Notes: a model not told the origin generated them from the letters alone. Counted from the first letter of the stretch, positions 7,543-16,030 are shown. The stretch: DNA of 17,991 nucleotides from Candidatus Coatesbacteria bacterium (GCA_014728225.1 WJLX01000177.1:1-17991); one strand, 5' to 3'. Numbers and translations are program-made.

Positions 7543-8283
7543 TTAGTCGAATTCGACGTCGTCGGGGATGTCGTAATTGGTATAGACGTTCTGGACGTCG
7601 TCCTGCTCCTCGAGGGCTTCCAGCAGCTTGAGGACCTTCTCGCCGTCGTCGTCGTCGTCCAGGCGGATCTCGTTCTGGGGGATGTAGGCCAGGGAGCTCT
7701 CGAGGATCTTGAAGCCGGCGCGGTTGAGCGCTTCGTTGACCTGGTGGTAGTCGTTGTATTCGGTGAGGACCTCGAAGGCGTCCTCGTCGGTGATGATGTC
7801 CAGGGCGCCGGCCTCGAGGGCGACCTCCATCAGCAGGTCTTCGTCGGTGGAGCCGTCGATGACGATCAGCCCGCGGCGGTCGAAGGAGTAGCTGGCGGCG
7901 CCGGACTTGGCCAGGTGGCCGTCGTACTTGTCGAACAGGTGGCGGATTTCAGAAGTGGTGCGGTTGTTGTTGTCGGAGATGGTCTCGACGATCACGGCCA
8001 CGCCGCCGGGGCCGTAGCCCTCGTAGAGGTGTTCTTCGATCACCATGCCCGGCAGCTCGCCCGTGCCGCGCTGGATGGCCCGTTTGATGTTGTCCTTGGG
8101 CATGTTCTGCGTCTGGGCGTTGTCGACGGCCGTGCGCAGCCGGGGGTTGGCCTCGGGATCGCCGCCGCCCTCGCGGGCGGCGATGGTGATCTCGCGGATC
8201 AACCGGGTGAAGATCTTGCCGCGCTTCTTGTCGGCGGCCTCCTTCTTGCGCTTGATCGTCGACCATTTGGAGTGTCCGGACAC
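7543..8283 (-). CDS. yebC: YebC/PmpR family protein
   Basis: Full-length family signature MSGHSKWSTIKRKK...GGDPEANPRLR...; GTG start with a GGAGG SD. Classic yebC-ruvC gene order. Confidence 0.9.
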   Translation of the reverse strand: MSGHSKWSTIKRKKEAADKKRGKIFTRLIREITIAAREGGGDPEANPRLRTAVDNAQTQNMPKDNIKRAIQRGTGELPGMVIEEHLYEGYGPGGVAVIVETISDNNNRTTSEIRHLFDKYDGHLAKSGAASYSFDRRGLIVIDGSTDEDLLMEVALEAGALDIITDEDAFEVLTEYNDYHQVNEALNRAGFKILESSLAYIPQNEIRLDDDDDGEKVLKLLEALEEQDDVQNVYTNYDIPDDVEFD

Positions 8284-8339
8284 CAGTCGCCTCCGCAGTG
8301 GGGGTTCGCCGTCAGCCTAAGTCTATCAGTGGGATTAGT

Positions 8340-9713
8340 TTAGCGCTCGACGTCGCCGGTGTCAACAGCGGACGGCCGGGACGGCGGCCCATCGAGGAGC
8401 CGGCGACGCAGGGCGGGTTCCAGGACGGCGGCGGTGGTCGGACCGCGGGGACGCCCCAGAAGCAGCCCCTCGAGCAGGGCGGCGGCGGCGCTGGATGCGG
8501 TGGTCAGCTCCGGGCCGGGGCGGACGTGCAGACCGCCGAGGAGCAGCCAGGCGTTCTCGACGGGGCCCCAGGCGGCCTCGTCGGCTTCGAGCCGACGGCG
8601 CAATCCGTACCCGCCGCTACCGACAACGACGATGGTCAGGCCGGGCAGCCGTTCGCGCAACTCGGTCAGCCAGGAGTCGAGCGCCTCGAGCAGGTTCTCG
8701 TAGAGCTCGCCATAAGCCGTGGCCCGGGTCAGGGCCGTCTCATCGAGGTAGACCGGATGGGGGAAGCGCTCGTGGTAGCGCAGCTCGCGGTATCGTTGCA
8801 GGGCCGGCCACCAGCGCCGGGCGAACTCGGCCAACAACCCGGAGTCGACGACGACGGCGTCGGTCCCGGCGGCCAGCAGCCGGGCGGCCGCGTTGAGCCG
8901 CTGTTCCAATTCGTCGGCGGCCCGGCGCACCGCCGCCGAGGTGTTCAACAACGGCGGTCGGGGCAACTCGACGACGGGCGGCTGAGCTTTCAGCAACGTC
9001 GGTTGGGTCGAGGTCCGCCGGCTGAGGGCAGCCAGCCCGGTGGTATTCAAGGGGGCGGCCGTTTCCGGAACGTCGAGACGGATCAGGCAGCCGTGATCGC
9101 CCAGTTCGGCAAAGCCGTTAAGGCGACCTTCGGCCCACAGGCGCTCGAGATGGGTCAGCGCCAGACCATCCAGCCGCAGGATCAGCAGCCGCAGCGGCGG
9201 CGGCTCGACGGGCTCCACGTCGCGCAGGCGCAGCCCTTCGAGACGCAGCGAGCAGCCCCGCGCCAGGACGGTGTTGGCGGCCTCCTCGAGCAGGGCCGCC
9301 AGCCGCGGCCTCAAAGGGCCGTAGAGTTCGAGAGCGCTCAGACGACGAGCCATCCGGCCGAGCAGGGGCGGCAGGATGTACTCGGGCAGGTGGTCGAGCC
9401 CCGGACCCAACCGGGCGCGATCGGCGGCCAGGCGTTTGGGATCCAGCGTGCGAACCGCTCTGAGGCTCACCTGCACTGCGCTGCCCCGACGATCGCGCAG
9501 CGTTAGCTCCAGCCGCACCTCGCGCCGCCGGGCGATGACCTCGACGGACCGGCCGGGGAGGTCGAGGCGGCTTTCGGCGGCGATGCTCCAGCCGCCGTCG
9601 CCTTCATCGACCAGCAGCAGCTCGTCCGCCCGCGGCGTCATCGCCAGGGCCAGGTAGAGGACGATACCGGTCAGCAGACCGAGGCCGAGGACACCTGTGA
9701 TCCGCTCACGCAT
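8340..9713 (-). CDS. membrane-anchored hypothetical protein (N-terminal TM, large extracytoplasmic region); function unknown
   Basis: 457-aa ORF with protein-like composition. N-terminal helix LGLGLLTGIVLYLALA. The opposite-strand ORF is Gly/Gln/Pro low-complexity. Confidence 0.55.
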   Translation of the reverse strand: MRERITGVLGLGLLTGIVLYLALAMTPRADELLLVDEGDGGWSIAAESRLDLPGRSVEVIARRREVRLELTLRDRRGSAVQVSLRAVRTLDPKRLAADRARLGPGLDHLPEYILPPLLGRMARRLSALELYGPLRPRLAALLEEAANTVLARGCSLRLEGLRLRDVEPVEPPPLRLLILRLDGLALTHLERLWAEGRLNGFAELGDHGCLIRLDVPETAAPLNTTGLAALSRRTSTQPTLLKAQPPVVELPRPPLLNTSAAVRRAADELEQRLNAAARLLAAGTDAVVVDSGLLAEFARRWWPALQRYRELRYHERFPHPVYLDETALTRATAYGELYENLLEALDSWLTELRERLPGLTIVVVGSGGYGLRRRLEADEAAWGPVENAWLLLGGLHVRPGPELTTASSAAAALLEGLLLGRPRGPTTAAVLEPALRRRLLDGPPSRPSAVDTGDVER

Positions 9714-9829
9714 CGCCGTGTCCGCGGGTTGAGCGTACTGTAGCGCTCGGCTTCATAAGCCTTATTCTACCGCAGTTCGCCGCCGGGACCAAGCCCGACG
9801 GTCCAGGCCCGGTCGCCGGTTTGTGTGTC

Positions 9830-9851
9830 GGGACGCCTCGAGGCGTCCCGG
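9830..9851. terminator. perfect 22-nt GC palindrome (cgggacgcctc|gaggcgtcccg) in the gap after the SPFH gene; possible non-canonical terminator or REP-like element
   Basis: Seen in sequence. Flanked by tttgtgtgt on one side; there is no strong U-tract on the minus strand. Confidence 0.35.
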
Positions 9852-9885
9852 TTCATCTCTGTGAGTTAGCTCAACCCGCTGGTAT

Positions 9886-10944
9886 TCAGTCGCCGTTCTT
9901 GCCGCTGGTCAACTCGGCGAAGGCTCCCAGGGAGCCCAGGGTCTTGACGGTGTCGAAAGGCAGGAAGACGGTGTTGGAGCCCTCGCGGGCGTTGTCCTGC
10001 ACCGCCTTGATGTAGCCCCGGGTCAGCAGGTAGGTCGAGGTGTGCTCGCCCAGCTTTGCCTGGATGCCGGCCACGGCGGCGGCCTCGGCGGCGGCCTCCA
10101 GCTCGCGGGCCTTGGCCAGCCCCTCGGCGCGGAGGATCTCCGCCGCGCGGTTGCCCTCGGCGTGGGTGATGGCGGCCTGCTTGGCGCCTTCGGCCTTGGT
10201 GATGCTGGCCTGCTTGGAGCCCTCGGCCTCCTTGATCATCGCCCGGCGCTTGCGCTCGGCGGTGACCTCGGCGCGCATGGCCTCGAGGAAGTCGGCCGGC
10301 GGAGAGACGTCTTGCAGCTCGACGCGGTTGACCTTAACGCCCCACTTGTCGGTGGCCTCGTCGAGGATGTCGCGCAAGCGGGCGTTGAGGGAATCGCGGC
10401 TGTCGAAGGTTTCGTCGAGCTCCAGGGCGCCGATGGCCGTGCGCAGGCTGGTCTGGGTCAGCCGCTCGATGGCCAGGGGAACGTTCTCGATCTCGTAGAC
10501 GGCGCGGCGCGGATCGGTGATCTGGTAGTAGAGCACGGCGTCGACGGTCAGTACCAGGTTGTCCTTGGTGATCACCTGCTGGGCGGGGAAGTCCAGCAAC
10601 TGCTCGCGCAGGTCGATGACGTCGGTCCAGTAGTACTGGCCCCCCACGGAACCGCGCCCGCTGCCGTCGACGACCCTGGCCCCGTGGGGCTTGTCGGCGC
10701 CCGCCACCTGGGGGCGGCTGTCGGGTTTTGTTTTGTCGAAGGTGACCGAGGTGGTGTCGATGACCCGCAAGGGCTTGTCGAAGAAGGGCAGCACCATGTG
10801 CAGGCCGCTGTCCAGGACCCGATGGAACTTGCCCAGGCGCTCGATGACCATCACGTGGGCCTGGGGAACCTGGCGGAAGCCCTTGAGGGCGATGATCAGG
10901 ATCAGGATGAAGGCCACGCCGAGAACGATGTAGAGACCCAGCAT
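9886..10944 (-). CDS. SPFH/band-7 (stomatin/HflC-like) membrane protein
   Basis: N-terminal TM; VIERLGKFHRVLDSGLH...DLREQLLDFPAQQVITKDNLVLTVDAVLYYQITDP...WGVKVNRVELQDVSPP...AERKRRA; C-terminal AEG-repeat coiled coil. Confidence 0.9.
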   Translation of the reverse strand: MLGLYIVLGVAFILILIIALKGFRQVPQAHVMVIERLGKFHRVLDSGLHMVLPFFDKPLRVIDTTSVTFDKTKPDSRPQVAGADKPHGARVVDGSGRGSVGGQYYWTDVIDLREQLLDFPAQQVITKDNLVLTVDAVLYYQITDPRRAVYEIENVPLAIERLTQTSLRTAIGALELDETFDSRDSLNARLRDILDEATDKWGVKVNRVELQDVSPPADFLEAMRAEVTAERKRRAMIKEAEGSKQASITKAEGAKQAAITHAEGNRAAEILRAEGLAKARELEAAAEAAAVAGIQAKLGEHTSTYLLTRGYIKAVQDNAREGSNTVFLPFDTVKTLGSLGAFAELTSGKNGD

Positions 10945-10977
10945 TGTTGCTCCTTTCTGGTCGGTGGTCGGGGTCGG

Positions 10978-11877
10978 CTAGAAGTTGAACTCCTCGTCGC
11001 CGATGATGATGCGGATGGTGCGGAAGGCGATGCCCTTGGAATCCATCTCCAGGACTATCTCTCCGTCAACCCCTTGTTGAGCCAGCTCGTAGAAGCGGTC
11101 CCGCTGGACCTCATCGTCACAGAAGTCACCGCCGATAACGATAGACTTGTCCAGGGCTTCCCAACCGACATACTGGTTTGTTCCCTTGAAGGTGAACTGA
11201 TACTCACCGTACCTCCACGCCGTTCCCATCATCATGATCGGATCTCCGGCCGTGTAAGTCAGACGCCCGGGAACACGGATGGTCTGATTGGCATAGGGTT
11301 CGGAATCAGCAGCGAAAGCCGATGCTGAAACCAGAGTACCTCGACGGTCCCATTCACGGTCGATGGCCGCCAGCAGCTTGTCAACCCGGCGAACAGCGTC
11401 GGTGTCGTCGTAGGTCGAGCCGATGCTGCTCAGCTCGGTTTCCGTCTTTTCCAGCTCTTCGTCCTCGGCGCTCTTGAGACCCTCGGCGAAGCCCTCGAAG
11501 GGAGCCAGAGCCCGCAGGCAACGCTCCTCGCGGATTGCGGAGTAGGTCGAGGCGGCTTCTTCGTTGAAGGCCTCATCGGGGTAATCGGCAACCAGTCGGG
11601 CGTAGAGACCGTCGGCCCGCTCCAGGGCCGCATCGTCGGCCTCGCCGACGCCGTCGGCGGAAACGACCAGCCGGGCGCTGCAGAGCCGGCCGACGGGGGT
11701 GGTCTCGAGTTCCTCCAGCTCAGCGCTTACTGCGTCCAGTTTGGCGCGGACCTCGTCGCGCTGCGTGGTCAGGGCGGCGATCTCGTCGTTGAGTTCGATC
11801 TCGCGCTCGCTGGGGCCGCAGCCGGCCAGCAGCGTCGACAACAGGATGCAGGCGGCCAGTAGCAGTCGTCTGTTCAT
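10978..11877 (-). CDS. lipoprotein: N-terminal coiled coil plus C-terminal beta-rich domain, function unknown
   Basis: Signal peptide with lipobox LLAGC. Its start overlaps the stop of the upstream small lipoprotein gene (ATGA). Confidence 0.6.
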   Translation of the reverse strand: MNRRLLLAACILLSTLLAGCGPSEREIELNDEIAALTTQRDEVRAKLDAVSAELEELETTPVGRLCSARLVVSADGVGEADDAALERADGLYARLVADYPDEAFNEEAASTYSAIREERCLRALAPFEGFAEGLKSAEDEELEKTETELSSIGSTYDDTDAVRRVDKLLAAIDREWDRRGTLVSASAFAADSEPYANQTIRVPGRLTYTAGDPIMMMGTAWRYGEYQFTFKGTNQYVGWEALDKSIVIGGDFCDDEVQRDRFYELAQQGVDGEIVLEMDSKGIAFRTIRIIIGDEEFNF

Positions 11878-12089
11878 TGTTCTTCTCCCTCCTCAAGTTG
11901 CTGGATCTCCGGAAAGGAACGCAGTTCGGCGAGCTTGAGGCCGGCCTCGTCCAGCTCCTCCTCGAGCCGGACAATCTCCTCCTTGAGTTCAGCGCGCTCT
12001 TCCTCAAGATCCGCTATCAGTTCCTCGTCCTCACAAGCTGCGAACAAGCCTGTGCTCGCCAGTAACAGTGTCAGCGGTACGTACCTCAT
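11874..12089 (-). CDS. small lipoprotein (71 aa) with an acidic coiled coil
   Basis: Signal peptide MRYVPLTLLLASTGLFAAC (lipobox). AAGGAGG SD 4 nt upstream. Its N-region is paralogous to that of the next lipoprotein. Confidence 0.5.
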   Translation of the reverse strand: MRYVPLTLLLASTGLFAACEDEELIADLEEERAELKEEIVRLEEELDEAGLKLAELRSFPEIQQLEEGEEQ

Positions 12090-12168
12090 CCATCCTCCTT
12101 TTCACTTGGGTTGCGGTGGATACGAGTTCAACACCCCGCCCCGACAGGACGGGTCGTAGGGGTCGCGC

Positions 12169-14193
12169 TCAGTGAACCAGCGGCGCGGGTTCGGCCAGGC
12201 GCTGGACCTCGGCGGCGGTGATGACGATCCCGCGCTCCCGGTAGGTCTCGAGGTCGAAGTAGTAGGGTTCGAGCAGGCGGTCGAGGAGGCCCCGGGCCCC
12301 GCGGGCGCCCAGCCCCTTGGCGCGGGCCAGGGCGGCCAGGGCGGTCAGGGCCGCGGCGGTGAACTCCAGCTCGACCTCCCGCGAGGCCATCAGCGCCTGA
12401 TGCTGCTTGACCAGGGCGTTTTTCGGCTCGGCGATGACCCGGGCCAGGTCGGTGTCGGTGAGCTCGCCCAGCTCGCAGACGACGGGGAAGCGGCCGACGA
12501 ACTCGGGCAGCAGGCCGAACTCGATCAGGTGGGCCGGGCGCAGGGCGGGCGTGGCGGGTTCTTCCGTGGAAGCGCCGAAGCCCAGGCGGCTGGTGCGTTG
12601 TTCGCGACGACGCAGCTCGTCGAGTCCGCAGAAGGCCCCGCCGCAGATGAACAGCACGTGGCGGGTGTCCAGCGTGGCGAACTTGCGGTGGTAGAACAGG
12701 CTGCCGCTCTCGGGGAACCTGGCCTCCGCGCCCTCGACCAGGGTCAGCAGGGCCTGCTGGACGCCTAGTCCGCCGACGTCGCGGCGCCGCTTGTCCGCCG
12801 AGGCGGCCAGCTTGTCGATCTCGTCGATGTAGATGATGCCGTAGCGCGCCGTCTCGAGATCGCGTCCCGCGGCGGCGTAGAGGTCGTAGAGCAGGTCCTC
12901 GACACTGCGGCCGACGTAACCGGTCTCGGTCAGCGAGGTGGCCTCGCTGATCACCAGGGGGCTCTTGAGCAGCCGGGCCAGACTCTTGACCAAATGTGTC
13001 TTGCCGCAGCCCGTCGGGCCGACGAGGAGGATGTTGGACTTCTCCAGCTCGGTTTCGCCCCGGTAGCGGATGCGGCGCAGGTGGTTGGCCACGGCGACGC
13101 TGACGGCGCGCTTGGCGGCCTCCTGGCCGATGACATGCTGCTCGAGGTGGGCGTAGATCTCCCGGGGGCTGAGTTCGCAGTCCAACTCGGCTTTGACCTG
13201 TTTCCCCTTGCCGTCTCCGCTGTTCTCATCGTCCCCGTTCTCCTCGCGGCAATCCGTTTTGAAGCGTTGGTGGATCTGTTCGAGGGCGTTGCGGTAAGTA
13301 CGCCAGTCCTTGTTGTGCAGATGCTTGGCGGCTTGCCGCAGGTTGTGGTTGAGCTTCATCTGGGCCATGGCGAAGGGCCGCTTGCGCTGCGCCTCGCCGA
13401 AGGCGCAGACCTCGTCATAGGCCTTGTCGCACTGCTCCAGCTCACGCAGCTCGATTTTCAGGCTTGCGCAGTAGCGCTCGATGATGTTGCACAGCCCGGT
13501 CTCGTCGAAGTCGACGTTCTCCGTGCCCAGTTCCAGCAGCTCGGCCAGCCGGTGACGGTACTCGCGACCACCCTTGCTCTGCAGCTTTTCGTGGATCCCC
13601 CGGCAGCGTTCCTCGAGCTTGTGCAGCTTGCGGTAGCGGCGGGCCGGGCGGCGGGAGCGCGTGGTCATCAGCTTGTCCAGGCGCCGGGCGGCCAGGCGGC
13701 TCGTCAACCCCCGACCGCCGACGAGGAGGACGCCCAGCAAGGCCCAGCCGCCGGTGACTAACAGGCTCAAGCTCAGAGCCAACCCGCCGGAGAGGGCGAC
13801 CTCGGCGCCCCACAGCCAGAGGTCGACGCGGACCAGGGCGGCGCCGGGCACCAGCTCCAGCAGGACCAGCAGACCGACAGCGAGGGTCGTCGTCACGGCG
13901 ACGGCCAGCCCCAGATCGGGCCGGACGAGGGCCTCGAGACACCCGGGACGGGGCTGGTACTGCAGGTGTTCGCCGACGACGGCGGGCCGGGCCGCCCGCT
14001 TGAGCTGGCCCGGGAAGCCGAGCTGGAAGGCCCTCAAGCCGCCGTAGATGAGCAGCGCCGTCGGCGGGGTCAGCAGGGCCGCCGCCCAGAGAGCCGCCGC
14101 GGCCGTTCCCAGCCGAAACAGCAACACGCCGACGACGGGGGCCAGCAGGACGGCCAGAACCAGTCCGGCCAGCTTGATCGCCCGGTTGATCAT
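12169..14193 (-). CDS. membrane-anchored ClpX-family AAA+ unfoldase paralog (4-5 N-terminal TM helices replace the zinc-binding domain)
   Basis: The C-terminal ~330 aa align motif-for-motif with ClpX: IYAHLEQHVIGQEAAKRAVSVAV, Walker A GPTGCGKT, pore-1 TETGYVG, Walker B IIYIDEIDK, GVQQALLTLVEG, LFICGGAF, the IGF-loop equivalent RLGFGAS, arginine finger PEFVGRFPV, sensor-II GARGARGL. The N-terminus MINRAIKLAGLVLAVLLAPVVGVLLF... forms several hydrophobic helices. The real start ATG at 14193 overlaps the upstream stop (ATGA). The ORF-track 808-aa frame includes a spurious Arg/Pro-rich extension. Confidence 0.85.
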   Translation of the reverse strand: MINRAIKLAGLVLAVLLAPVVGVLLFRLGTAAAALWAAALLTPPTALLIYGGLRAFQLGFPGQLKRAARPAVVGEHLQYQPRPGCLEALVRPDLGLAVAVTTTLAVGLLVLLELVPGAALVRVDLWLWGAEVALSGGLALSLSLLVTGGWALLGVLLVGGRGLTSRLAARRLDKLMTTRSRRPARRYRKLHKLEERCRGIHEKLQSKGGREYRHRLAELLELGTENVDFDETGLCNIIERYCASLKIELRELEQCDKAYDEVCAFGEAQRKRPFAMAQMKLNHNLRQAAKHLHNKDWRTYRNALEQIHQRFKTDCREENGDDENSGDGKGKQVKAELDCELSPREIYAHLEQHVIGQEAAKRAVSVAVANHLRRIRYRGETELEKSNILLVGPTGCGKTHLVKSLARLLKSPLVISEATSLTETGYVGRSVEDLLYDLYAAAGRDLETARYGIIYIDEIDKLAASADKRRRDVGGLGVQQALLTLVEGAEARFPESGSLFYHRKFATLDTRHVLFICGGAFCGLDELRRREQRTSRLGFGASTEEPATPALRPAHLIEFGLLPEFVGRFPVVCELGELTDTDLARVIAEPKNALVKQHQALMASREVELEFTAAALTALAALARAKGLGARGARGLLDRLLEPYYFDLETYRERGIVITAAEVQRLAEPAPLVH

Positions 14194-14675
14194 CGTATCC
14201 CTCCCTCGAGCAGTTTCTCCCGGATCTCCTCGAGCACGATCACGGCCTCGGTACGGCGCCGGGGCAGGCTCTCGAGCACCACGGCGGGCAGTTTGATGTA
14301 GTCGAGGTCGGGGCGGCAGATCAGGCGGACGGTCAGGTTGGGGTGTTCGTCGATGAAGCGGCGCGCCATGGGAGTGCTGATGTTCCAAGCGATGGGGAAG
14401 GTGTTCTTGTCGTCGAAGCGCAGGCGCAGCAGCCGGTCTTCGGCGAAGGGCACGTAGGCGCAGAGGACGACGGGACGGTTGTTCAGGCGGTACTCGTAGG
14501 AACGGGCATGCTCGGGACCGTAGTTGTAGACCTCGACGGCGGCGGTCTCGAGGTCCCGGGGATCGTTGAACCAGCGGGCGGGATCGACCATGCACCAGGG
14601 CCCGCCCCGGTCGGCCCGGACGACGAACAGGCGGGTCAGCAGCTTCTCGGCCTGGAGTTTGATCCGGTGTTTCAT
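14190..14675 (-). CDS. hypothetical soluble protein (161 aa), translationally coupled to the ClpX-like gene
   Basis: ATG at 14675 with an AAGGAGG SD 7 nt upstream (MKHRIKLQAEKLL...). No recognisable domain. Its stop overlaps the ClpX-like start. Confidence 0.6.
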   Translation of the reverse strand: MKHRIKLQAEKLLTRLFVVRADRGGPWCMVDPARWFNDPRDLETAAVEVYNYGPEHARSYEYRLNNRPVVLCAYVPFAEDRLLRLRFDDKNTFPIAWNISTPMARRFIDEHPNLTVRLICRPDLDYIKLPAVVLESLPRRRTEAVIVLEEIREKLLEGGIR

Positions 14676-14752
14676 TGATTGCCTCCTTGAAGCGCTTGGC
14701 AATGGTGGGAGATTGGCTGAGGGCGGTGTCGCTCAGGCGGGATGTCGGCGTT

Positions 14753-16030
14753 CTATCGCAGCCGCACGCAGTCGCCGAGGGGCGGGGTCTCGGTGTTGCC
14801 GTCGGCGGTCAGGCACCACAGCACGGGTAGGCCGTCGTACCCCTCGGGCCAGGGGGCGTAGCCGTCTGTCAGTACGACGTTGTACCGGCCCCAGTGGGAG
14901 TTCTCGCTCACCCAGTCGAAGGCGTTCTGGAAGTCCGTTCCGCCCCAACCCAGTATTCGCAGCCCCATCCAGTCGCCCCGCCGGTAGTGGTGGATGTACT
15001 CGCCGTTGATGCGCTCGACCATGTGGTCGAAGATCAGCAGGCGGATGCGCAGCAGGTGGGAGATGGCCTCCAACTCGGAGAAGAACTGCTGCAGGTGGGT
15101 AGGCTTGATGCTGCCGGAGACATCAACCATGACCAGGATGTCGGCCTTGGCGTGACGGCTGTGCCCCTTGACGCCGAAGACGGGCCGGCGACGGTTGGGC
15201 CGGGCGTAGGTCGGACGGCTACCGCCCAGATAACGGCCGATCAGGTTGCGCAGCCGCTGACGCCAGTCGATCAACGGCACGTCCAGGGCCTCGAGCAGGC
15301 GGGGCAGGTCGCTGGGGCCTTTTCCACCGGATTGCGAGTAGGCGCTCTTGAGTACCCGGCGCAGGATGATCCGGTAACTCTCCTCGTCGGGAGCATCCAT
15401 CCAGGCGCCGTGGTCCATAAGACGCTCCAGCAGGGCCTGGGGGTCGCCCTCGAACCATAGGGGGATGGTGCCGCGATCCGTGTGCAGATGCAGCTTCTCG
15501 CCTCGCAGCATGGCCTCCAGGCTCCGGGCCAGCTCCTCGTAGCTCATCCGCGGCAGCCAGCGGACCAACTGCTCCAGCGCTGTGCGGCAGGAGAGCTCCT
15601 CGGGCAGGAAGACGCTGGCCTTTTCCAGAAACTCGTCACCGGCGATACCCTCGAGGTGGGGACAGCTTTTGTGGCCGTGGATGACGGCGTCCATGGCCCA
15701 ATTGAGGGCGGGGTGGTTGCGGCAGGCTTCCTTGCCGAACTGCCTGGCGCGCAGGGGGTGCAGGTGCAGGATGTGCTCCAGCTCGTGGCGTAGGATGGTC
15801 TGAGTCTGACCAACGCTCAGCCTGTCGACGAACTTCGGGTTGTAGGCCAGCACGGGACGGCCGTCGCGGTCGATCCAGACCGCCATGGTCTTGACCCGCT
15901 TCTCCCGGGGGCCGACGGTGGTGAAGTAGTTGATCAGATAGCCGTAGAAGGGCGTTTCGTTGATCAGGCGGCAACGGGCCAGGTTGATCTTCTCCAGGGC
16001 ACTCAAGCGGGTCTCAGTCGACGAGGACAC
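14753..16030 (-). CDS. putative metallopeptidase (HExxH) plus VWA-like domain protein (DUF2201-type MoxR partner)
   Basis: HELEH zinc-binding motif (ILRHELEHILHLHP) in the N-domain. VWA MIDAS DxSxS (ILVMVDVSGSI) in the C-domain. The start is ambiguous: GTG 16030 (overlaps the ATPase gene by 17 nt), TTG 16006, or the ORF-track TTG 16063. Confidence 0.8.
   Translation of the reverse strand: MSSSTETRLSALEKINLARCRLINETPFYGYLINYFTTVGPREKRVKTMAVWIDRDGRPVLAYNPKFVDRLSVGQTQTILRHELEHILHLHPLRARQFGKEACRNHPALNWAMDAVIHGHKSCPHLEGIAGDEFLEKASVFLPEELSCRTALEQLVRWLPRMSYEELARSLEAMLRGEKLHLHTDRGTIPLWFEGDPQALLERLMDHGAWMDAPDEESYRIILRRVLKSAYSQSGGKGPSDLPRLLEALDVPLIDWRQRLRNLIGRYLGGSRPTYARPNRRRPVFGVKGHSRHAKADILVMVDVSGSIKPTHLQQFFSELEAISHLLRIRLLIFDHMVERINGEYIHHYRRGDWMGLRILGWGGTDFQNAFDWVSENSHWGRYNVVLTDGYAPWPEGYDGLPVLWCLTADGNTETPPLGDCVRLR

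Noticed and set aside
7075-8343. 422-aa plus-strand ORF
   Set aside because: It is antisense to yebC and ruvC. The product is Gly/Ala/Val/Asp low-complexity, typical of the reverse frame of high-GC genes.
8298-9506. 402-aa plus-strand ORF
   Set aside because: It is antisense to the 457-aa membrane-anchored gene. The product is Gly/Gln/Pro/Arg-rich and not protein-like.
10042-11328. 428-aa plus-strand ORF
   Set aside because: It is antisense to the SPFH and lipoprotein genes, which have clear homology and signals. Its composition is low-complexity.
12169-14595. The full 808-aa ORF-track frame, taken as one gene
   Set aside because: The first 134 aa are an Arg/Pro-rich extension overlapping the well-initiated 161-aa gene in another frame. 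The real start is the ATG at 14193, which overlaps the upstream stop.
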